A DNA stretch of 64,000 bases from Candidatus Multivorans sp. GTDB taxonomy: Bacteria; Acidobacteriota; Thermoanaerobaculia; Multivoradales; Multivoraceae. Under the pieces are notes generated by a model. That model was not told the origin of the DNA. It worked only from the letters and a program-made list of their open reading frames with translations, and did not search any database. The stretch's first letter is position 1. Every line of letters starts with the position of its first letter. The position numbers were made by a program, and so were the translations under genes. Below, in pieces: positions 57,912 through 64,000 of this stretch. The stretch lies in the NCBI GenBank assembly GCA_965247095.1, contig OZ251997.1, positions 1,600,001 through 1,664,000 on the forward strand, written 5' to 3'.

Positions 57912-58766
57912 ATGGGCATCAAGATCGGCGACGTATCGATCACCCCGATCATCGAGATCGACTATCCAGTACCGGCATCCTTCCTGTTGCCGGACGCCAC
58001 GCCGGAGAACCTCGCGCCGGACCTGGACTGGCTCGAACCGCACTTCGTGACCCCGAACGGGGAACGGCTGAAGATGATCATCCAGGCCTTTCTGGTCGAA
58101 TCGAGGGGCCTGAAGATCGTCGTCGACACCTGCGTCGGCAACGACAAGCAGCGCGCCCTGCCGGCCTGGAACGAGCTCGACGGCCCCTTCCTGCAGGAGA
58201 TCCGTGACGCCGGCTTCCCGCGCGAGCAGGTCGACCTGGTGGTCTGCACCCACCTTCACATCGACCACGTGGGCTGGAACACGATGAAGGTCGACGGCAA
58301 GTGGGCGCCCACCTTCCCGAACGCGCGCTACATCATGGCGCGGCCCGAGTTCGACTACTGGAAGGACGCTGGAGAGGGCAACTGGGGCGATGTCTTCGGC
58401 GACTCGGTGGCGCCGGTCTTCGAGGCCGGCCTGGTCGATCTCGTCGACTGCGACCACCAGATCAACCCCGAACTCCAGTTCTTCCCCACCCCCGGCCACA
58501 CGCCGGGTCACTGCAGCATCGCCGTCTCCTCCGGCAGCGAGGAAGGCGTGATCTCGGGCGATGTGATGCACCACCCGTGTCAGTGCGCCCATCCCGAGTG
58601 GTGCTCGATCGCCGACATCGACCGCGACGCCGCGATCGCCGCCCGCCGCGGCTTCTGCGGACGCTTCAGCGACACCGGCATCACCGTCGTCGGCACCCAC
58701 TGGGCGGCGCCGACCGCGGTCCTGCTCACGGCCCACGGCGACGCGTGGAAGACCCAGGTCGATTGA
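57912..58766 (+). CDS. MBL-fold metallo-hydrolase
   Basis: THLHIDHVGWN, PGHTPGH and 'SGDVMH'. Confidence 0.93.
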   Translation: MGIKIGDVSITPIIEIDYPVPASFLLPDATPENLAPDLDWLEPHFVTPNGERLKMIIQAFLVESRGLKIVVDTCVGNDKQRALPAWNELDGPFLQEIRDAGFPREQVDLVVCTHLHIDHVGWNTMKVDGKWAPTFPNARYIMARPEFDYWKDAGEGNWGDVFGDSVAPVFEAGLVDLVDCDHQINPELQFFPTPGHTPGHCSIAVSSGSEEGVISGDVMHHPCQCAHPEWCSIADIDRDAAIAARRGFCGRFSDTGITVVGTHWAAPTAVLLTAHGDAWKTQVD

Positions 58767-58806
58767 GCCGGCTCGCCGGCCCACTCCGGTACACTCCGCC
58801 ACCGTC

Positions 58807-59286
58807 ATGACCGTCCCCCGCACCTTGCTCGCCCTCGCCGCCGCTGCCGCGGCCGTGTCGCTCGCGTCGTGCGCCAGCGAGGAAACCGGACCGCCCTTCC
58901 GCGAGGTCGCGGGAGTGCGGCTGCTGATGGCCTCCATGATCGAGCCCGCGGCCGATCACATCTGGGCTTCGGCCGGCACGATCATCACCGCCGAGGAGAC
59001 GATCGAGATCCAGCCCGAAACGGACGAGGACTGGATCCTCGTCCGCAACGCGACCGTCGCGGTCGCGGAAGCCGGCAATCTGCTGATGATGGACCGGCGC
59101 AAGATGGACGACGGCGACTGGCTCGCCTGGTGCCGGCAGATGATCGAAGCGGGCGATGCCGCGATGCAGGCTGCCGACGCCCGGGACGTCCAGGGCATCT
59201 TCGATACCGGCGAGCAGATCTACTTCTCCTGCGCCGGCTGTCACGCGCAGTACTGGGTCAACGATCCCAACCAGTTCCGTCCGTAG
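58807..59286 (+). CDS. Cytochrome c'-like lipoprotein
   Basis: Lipobox LASC, helical body and C-terminal CAGCH. Confidence 0.8.
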   Translation: MTVPRTLLALAAAAAAVSLASCASEETGPPFREVAGVRLLMASMIEPAADHIWASAGTIITAEETIEIQPETDEDWILVRNATVAVAEAGNLLMMDRRKMDDGDWLAWCRQMIEAGDAAMQAADARDVQGIFDTGEQIYFSCAGCHAQYWVNDPNQFRP

Positions 59287-59333
59287 GCGCACCGGCTGAA
59301 CGCTGCGCCGGCAGGGCTCGGAGGAGGACCGGG

Positions 59334-60899
59334 TTGCGACACACGCTAGTGCTCCTCCACCGCTGGTTGGGCATCGCCGGCAACCTTCTGTTCGTGGTCT
59401 GGTTCGCTTCGGCGCTGGTCATGATGTACGCGCGGATGCCGGCGCTCGACCCCGGCGACCGGCTGAACCGGCTGCCGCCGCTCGATCTGGACGCAGTCCG
59501 GGTCGGCCCGGGCCAGGCCGCGGCGGCGGCGCGCCTGGAGGCCGGCGGTGAGGAAGCGCGCCAGATCCGCCTCGGCATGGCCGGGGAACGGCCCATCTAC
59601 CGGCTGCGCACCGCGGCCGGCTGGACCGCGGTCGGCGCGGACACCGGCAGTCCGATGCTGCAGCTCTCGGAGAGTCAGGCGGCGGCGATCGCGACGCAGT
59701 TCGCGCGGCCACCGGCCGGCGAGGTGACGCCGCACGAACTCCACTACGACCGGCTGCTGCCCCGCCCCGACCAGTGGACCCTGGAACTTCCCTCCCTGTT
59801 TCCCCTACACCGCATCCGCTCCGGCAGCGACATGCTCTACGTCTCCGATCGCACCGCCGAGGTCGTGATGGAGACGACCGCGACATCCCGGTTCTGGGGT
59901 ACCAGCGGCGCCGTCTTCCACTGGCTCTACTTCAGGCCGCTGCGTTCACACTCCACGCTGTGGCGCCAGTTGATCGTCTGGGCCTCCGCTGCCGGCTGCG
60001 TGCTGACCCTGTCCGGGCTCGCCGTCGGCGTGACCCGCCCGACCCGGCGGAAGCGCTCGCCGTACTCGGGCATCATGCGCTGGCACCACTACAGCGGCCT
60101 GGTCTTCGGCGCCGCCGCCTTCACCTGGGTGCTGAGCGGCGCGCTGTCGATGGATCCCTTCGGCTGGCACGCGGGGAGGACGACCAGCCAGGGACAGCAC
60201 GCCGCGGTCGCCGGCGGTGGGATGCGGCTCGACGATTTCGATCCGACCTCGATCCGGACCAGCCTGGAGTCGATCTCCGAGTCGTTCCCGGCACGCGAGG
60301 TCGAGTTCCAGTCGTTCGACGGCGAGCCGATGCTCCTGGCCTACCGCCCGCCATTTCCATCCGACGACAATCGCTACCGAGGCGGCTCGTACGGCGGCGG
60401 TCCCTCCGCGTTCCAAGCCACCGTGCAGCCCTTCGAGCACCGGCTCGTTGCGCTCGGCAGCGGAGAGACGCGCCGGTTCGCGCGTGACGAGCTCCTGGCC
60501 GCGGCCACCGCCGCCATGCCCGGGGCGGAGGTCGTCGCCGCGGAAGAGCTAGCCGAGTACGACGCCTACTACGGCGACCGTCGGCGCCGCAGTGCTCCCC
60601 TGCCGGTGCTCCGGGTTCGCTTCGACGATCCGGACAGGACCTGGCTCTACCTCGACCCGGCGCTCGGCCGCATCGTCCACCGCGAGCAGCGCCGGAGCCG
60701 CGTCGACCGCTGGCTGTACCGCGGCCTGCACCGGCTCGACTTCCCGGGCTTCTACCACCGGCGCCCGCTCTGGGACGTCGTCGTGATCGTCCTGCTGCTG
60801 GGCGGCCTGTTCTCCGCGGCCTCTTCCCTCGCCCCGGCGGCAAAACGCCTCAGGCGCCATGGGGCACGCCTGAGGCGCAAGCAGGTACAGAAGAGCTAA
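59334..60899 (+). CDS. PepSY-associated TM helix protein
   Basis: 'LHRWLG', 'HWLYF', 'RWHHYSGL' and 'RWLYRGLH.LDF'; TTG after GGAGGAGG. Confidence 0.88.
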   Translation: MRHTLVLLHRWLGIAGNLLFVVWFASALVMMYARMPALDPGDRLNRLPPLDLDAVRVGPGQAAAAARLEAGGEEARQIRLGMAGERPIYRLRTAAGWTAVGADTGSPMLQLSESQAAAIATQFARPPAGEVTPHELHYDRLLPRPDQWTLELPSLFPLHRIRSGSDMLYVSDRTAEVVMETTATSRFWGTSGAVFHWLYFRPLRSHSTLWRQLIVWASAAGCVLTLSGLAVGVTRPTRRKRSPYSGIMRWHHYSGLVFGAAAFTWVLSGALSMDPFGWHAGRTTSQGQHAAVAGGGMRLDDFDPTSIRTSLESISESFPAREVEFQSFDGEPMLLAYRPPFPSDDNRYRGGSYGGGPSAFQATVQPFEHRLVALGSGETRRFARDELLAAATAAMPGAEVVAAEELAEYDAYYGDRRRRSAPLPVLRVRFDDPDRTWLYLDPALGRIVHREQRRSRVDRWLYRGLHRLDFPGFYHRRPLWDVVVIVLLLGGLFSAASSLAPAAKRLRRHGARLRRKQVQKS

Positions 60900-60900
60900 C

Positions 60901-60944
60901 AACTCACCGCGCCCTTCTGAGGGACGCGAGGGACGCGGTGAGTT
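60901..60944. terminator. Inverted repeat between convergent genes
   Basis: AACTCACCGCG...CGCGGTGAGTT, an 11-bp perfect stem. Confidence 0.55.
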
Positions 60945-60967
60945 GGCTGTCCCCTGCTGGGATTCAG

Positions 60968-61408
60968 CTACTGCGGCGGCTCGGTCTGATCGCGACCGTC
61001 GCGCGGTGCGCCCGTACCCGAGGAGCCCATGAAGATCTTGCTGCCGTCCTCGAAGGTCACGTCGCGGCCGTTCGCGCGCCGTGAGCGATCCTTGCTCTGG
61101 TAGCCGTCGACGACGATCACCGTGCCCGGCTGGAGATCATCGCGGGAAAGACCGCGGCGCAGCAGGGTGTTGGGCGTACCGCCCTCGACCATCCAGACGT
61201 GCGCTGTGCCGTCTTCCTCGGTGTGCTCGATGTGAATCCAGGTGTGCGGATTGACCCACTCGACCTTGACGACCGGGCCCTTCAGCAACAGCGGACGGTT
61301 GGGATCGAACTCGGCGCCGAAGGCGTGGTGAGCTACCAAGGGCACCGTCACCGCGATTGCCGCGACGACGAAGCCGATACCCGTGATGATGATGGCTCGC
61401 TTACTCAT
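60968..61408 (-). CDS. DUF6152 family exported protein
   Basis: Signal peptide then 'AHHAFGAEFD', 'G.VVKVEWVNPHTWI' and 'WMVEGGTPN.L.R.G'. Confidence 0.85.
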   Translation of the reverse strand: MSKRAIIITGIGFVVAAIAVTVPLVAHHAFGAEFDPNRPLLLKGPVVKVEWVNPHTWIHIEHTEEDGTAHVWMVEGGTPNTLLRRGLSRDDLQPGTVIVVDGYQSKDRSRRANGRDVTFEDGSKIFMGSSGTGAPRDGRDQTEPPQ

Positions 61409-61544
61409 GGACGTCTCTCACTCCTCTGTTTTGGTGTCAGTGGGTTGTCCTTAGGGTTTCTCGATCAAGTGGAGCGTACTTCGCTCCGACCCCAGCGGGC
61501 GGTGAACCGACTCTAACAGGATTCGAACGCGGGCTACTCCGCTC

Positions 61545-61645
61545 CGTCGCCGGCAGATGCTCGCCGCCAATGCGCACGATGCGTGCGTCGTGAACCATTT
61601 CGACCAGGATCATCACGTGATCCTCGGTCTGCACGATCCGCTTCA
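61545..61645 (-). pseudogene. Fragment of a paralog of the 63221 gene family
   Basis: 'IVQTEDHVMILVEMVHDARIVRIGGEHLP' versus 'ITQTDTHVVIMIEWMHWARIVRLDAKHLP'. Confidence 0.7.
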
Positions 61646-61690
61646 GGTGCCTTCAGTCCGGGTTCACGCATTGTGGATCTCGCTTCGTTT

Positions 61691-62686
61691 TTAGTCGACC
61701 AGCTTCATCCGCGGCAGCGGGCTGCGACGGTACTCGCCGTACATCAACTCTTCCACGAACTCGACGCACCGGAAGTCCATCAGCCGGGCGTTCGGCTCCA
61801 TCCGCCGGTAGAGCGGCATCTCGATCGTCCACGGCTCGCTGTAGGTCATCGGATCGGTGAGAGTCGCCTCGTAGTGGATGTGGTTCGGGCCGGCCAGCGT
61901 GTAGCGCTCCTCCACCTGCACCTGGTTGCTGTAGTGGTTGCCCGAACGGTCGAGCCAGCCGCCGCAGCCGGCCATGTCGCCGTCGCGCATCGCGCAGTCC
62001 TTCGCCAACAGGCCGCTCACGTCCACGACCAGCGTGTCGCCGTCCCAGCGGCCGTATGACGTGCCCATCCAACTATCGACCTGGGAGGGCTTCGGATCCT
62101 CCATGTAGATGTCGCGAACCGCACCGGCGTACTGATAGGCGATGAAGACCGCGTTCTCGCTCTGGAAGAGCTGGAACGGCTGGGGCATGTAGGTGGCACG
62201 CGGCACGCCCGGCAGGTAGCAGAAGATCTCCTGGTCGCGGGTGGACCAGTTCGCCTGGTTCTCATTCTTCTTGGCGAGCGCTGCCTCCGTGTACGGGATC
62301 ATCCCGCCACCCTTGATCACGCCCATGCCCGGGGGCACCGAGCCGATCGCGCCAAAGTTCAGGACCTCGGCCGCCGGCAGCGGACCGTGGGGGCCCTCGC
62401 GCAACTGCATGGCGGCGCGCGCCATGTGCAGTTCCAGGTCGTAGTTCGCCTCGTTCAAGGCCTGCCAGATGCCGTTCAGGTCGGGCTTGCCGTCCGAGAG
62501 CCGGTTCGGCTCAAAGTCTTGGGCCGCGAGCGGCGCCACCGCCACGGCAAGAACCGCGGCCACGACCACGGCAGTTGCCATCCGAGCGCCCGCTGACGGG
62601 CGCTCGGACTGCTTCACGAGTGGCGCAGGAGGCGCCACTCGGGTTCGAGAAAACACGCTAGTTCCCAGTTTCATGACGTTGGCCAT
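61691..62686 (-). CDS. Exported hypothetical protein of the 'GKPDLxGxW...GxWxGDTLVV' family
   Basis: 'DGKPDLNGIWQ', 'CYLPGVPRA', 'WMGTSYGRWDGDTLVV' and 'YEATLTDP..Y..PW...C.E'. Confidence 0.85.
   Translation of the reverse strand: MANVMKLGTSVFSRTRVAPPAPLVKQSERPSAGARMATAVVVAAVLAVAVAPLAAQDFEPNRLSDGKPDLNGIWQALNEANYDLELHMARAAMQLREGPHGPLPAAEVLNFGAIGSVPPGMGVIKGGGMIPYTEAALAKKNENQANWSTRDQEIFCYLPGVPRATYMPQPFQLFQSENAVFIAYQYAGAVRDIYMEDPKPSQVDSWMGTSYGRWDGDTLVVDVSGLLAKDCAMRDGDMAGCGGWLDRSGNHYSNQVQVEERYTLAGPNHIHYEATLTDPMTYSEPWTIEMPLYRRMEPNARLMDFRCVEFVEELMYGEYRRSPLPRMKLVD
62576..62668 (-). repeat. Composite REP-like element in frame in the gene 5' end
   Basis: Minus strand: CTGGGAAC...GAACC-CGAGTGGCGC ctcct GCGCCACTCG-TGAAGC-AGTCCGAGCGCCCG tcag CGGGCGCTCGGA-TGGCA. 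Confidence 0.85.
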
Positions 62687-62768
62687 ACTCCTCTTCGGCA
62701 GGACGCCGGGTTGTCTGAGCAGAATGCGCGAACCCTGTCAGCTTCGGCGGAAGGGGTCAACCCCGCAG

Positions 62769-63146
62769 CTACTGTCTGCGCCGCCGGGAAATCAAGGCGA
62801 AAAGCCAGACGGTCAACCACGCCGGCACCGAGAAGACGCCGGCGTAGATCCAGATGCCGATCGGACCGAACAAGCCCCCTACCGTCGCGCCGAGTACCGT
62901 CAGCGGGCCGAGAACCGTTGCGAAGGTGTATGTGAGCGGCCGCGACAGCGGATACAGCCTGCGGAGAGCCATCGTCAGCGGGATCGCGCCGGGCCATGCC
63001 AGAACCAGCCCCAGGAACATTGCCGGCACCGCCATGAGAGCCGCAGGGCCCTCGCCGCCGAAGCCCGGCTCGAAGACGAACCGGACAAGCGTGAGAACCA
63101 CCATCCCGGCCGGCAGCCATAGCGAGAGGACCAGGGTGCGTTTCAT
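62769..63146 (-). CDS. Small four-TM membrane protein
   Basis: 125 aa with four hydrophobic segments. Confidence 0.7.
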   Translation of the reverse strand: MKRTLVLSLWLPAGMVVLTLVRFVFEPGFGGEGPAALMAVPAMFLGLVLAWPGAIPLTMALRRLYPLSRPLTYTFATVLGPLTVLGATVGGLFGPIGIWIYAGVFSVPAWLTVWLFALISRRRRQ

Positions 63147-63220
63147 CGACTCACCGAGTTGAAGATCGTACGGCGTGCTCCGCCGGGGCCTTCCCCGCTG
63201 GCTCGACGCTCACCGCCTCT

Positions 63221-64000
63221 TCAACGCCCATGCTTCTCGTAGTACTCCTGCTCCAGGTAACGGGCGCCCCGCAGCGTGTTGCCCATCGAGTAGTTGCCCT
63301 CGTGGCAGGCGAACTCATAGAGCTGGCTGTCGGTGCGCGGCCAGGGCAGCGACCCGCTGTAGGGCGCCGTGTGCTCCGGGTCGTTGACGGTGTACTCGTA
63401 GAACAGGTTGTTCTTGTCCTGGAAGCGGAGACGTTCGACGATGTGGAGCCCGTCCCGGTGAACGCCCCAGTCACCGAGGAGGTTCGTCGTGTCGATCACC
63501 AGCGTGTCGCCGTCCCAGCTTCCGATCGAATCGCCGGCATAGGAGCGGTACTCCGGCGGCAGGTGCTTGGCGTCGAGACGGACGATCCGGGCCCAGTGCA
63601 TCCACTCGATCATGATGACGACGTGAGTGTCGGTCTGGGTGATCGTCTTCAGGTTGTTGTAAGCCCTGGGGCCGATCGGGAGCGTCGAACCCTGGTGGAA
63701 GACGCAGCGGTTACCGAGCGTCAGCGATTCCGGCCCGTCGTAGGGGTCGTCTGGGTCGTCGAGCCACCAGGCCGAGCCCGTGTTCTCATAGCTGAAGAGC
63801 GGCAGGTTCGCGCGGCGCGCCTCGCCCGCCGCCGTCAGCGGCGGGAAGCGGCCGTTCGGAGGATCGGTGAGCACCGAGGTCCGGTACTTGCCGTCAACGG
63901 TAAAGGCGGCCGTACCGCGATCGAGCCAGAAGAGGTTGTAGGCCCCGACGCCCCGGTAACCCTCCTCCGACCGTCCCGCGATCACGTCGCGGTTCGCGTC
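63221..64000 (-). CDS. Exported hypothetical protein, same superfamily as 61691 (partial, runs off the window end)
   Basis: 'GAYNLFWLDRG', 'RTSVLTDPPNGR.P', 'GDSIGSWDGDTLVIDTTN' and 'YEFACHEGNY'. Confidence 0.85.
   Translation of the reverse strand, partial: DANRDVIAGRSEEGYRGVGAYNLFWLDRGTAAFTVDGKYRTSVLTDPPNGRFPPLTAAGEARRANLPLFSYENTGSAWWLDDPDDPYDGPESLTLGNRCVFHQGSTLPIGPRAYNNLKTITQTDTHVVIMIEWMHWARIVRLDAKHLPPEYRSYAGDSIGSWDGDTLVIDTTNLLGDWGVHRDGLHIVERLRFQDKNNLFYEYTVNDPEHTAPYSGSLPWPRTDSQLYEFACHEGNYSMGNTLRGARYLEQEYYEKHGR

Noticed and set aside
61471-61545. tRNA-like GTTCGAATCC on the minus strand
   Set aside because: The flanks do not form a T-stem or cloverleaf, and there is no acceptor stem or CCA.
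109-63474. Many long overlapping antisense or alternative-frame ORFs (e.g. 16675..18849, 32042..34405, 40005..41993)
   Set aside because: They are Arg/Pro/Ala-rich shadows of real genes, expected in high-GC DNA, and carry no recognisable motifs.

Overview
A GC-rich bacterial window. Gene content (DUF1592/DUF1552/ankyrin and DUF6152 clusters, TIGR03435 remnant, sulfatase, haloalkane dehalogenase, many TA modules) suggests an Acidobacteriota-like, possibly sponge-associated genome; this is inference. It holds about 50 genes for transport, catabolism and periplasmic functions, two small defence or mobile patches (RloC-like AAA_13 plus a WYL-like protein; AbiE, MobA remnant, IS21 end and HEPN protein) and many pseudogene fragments. 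No rRNA, tRNA or CRISPR was found. The strongest unexplained signal is a family of REP-like palindromic elements: at least 10 copies with compensatory base changes in the stems, three of them apparently translated in the same frame as N-terminal protein extensions. A second, 105-nt palindromic element with a 6-bp flanking direct repeat sits in frame inside the DUF1592 gene. Also notable is an AibH1H2-type amidohydrolase-fold monooxygenase with a Rieske ferredoxin, divergent from a CoA-transferase / 2-hydroxyacyl-CoA lyase operon. All family calls come from motif recognition, not database searches.
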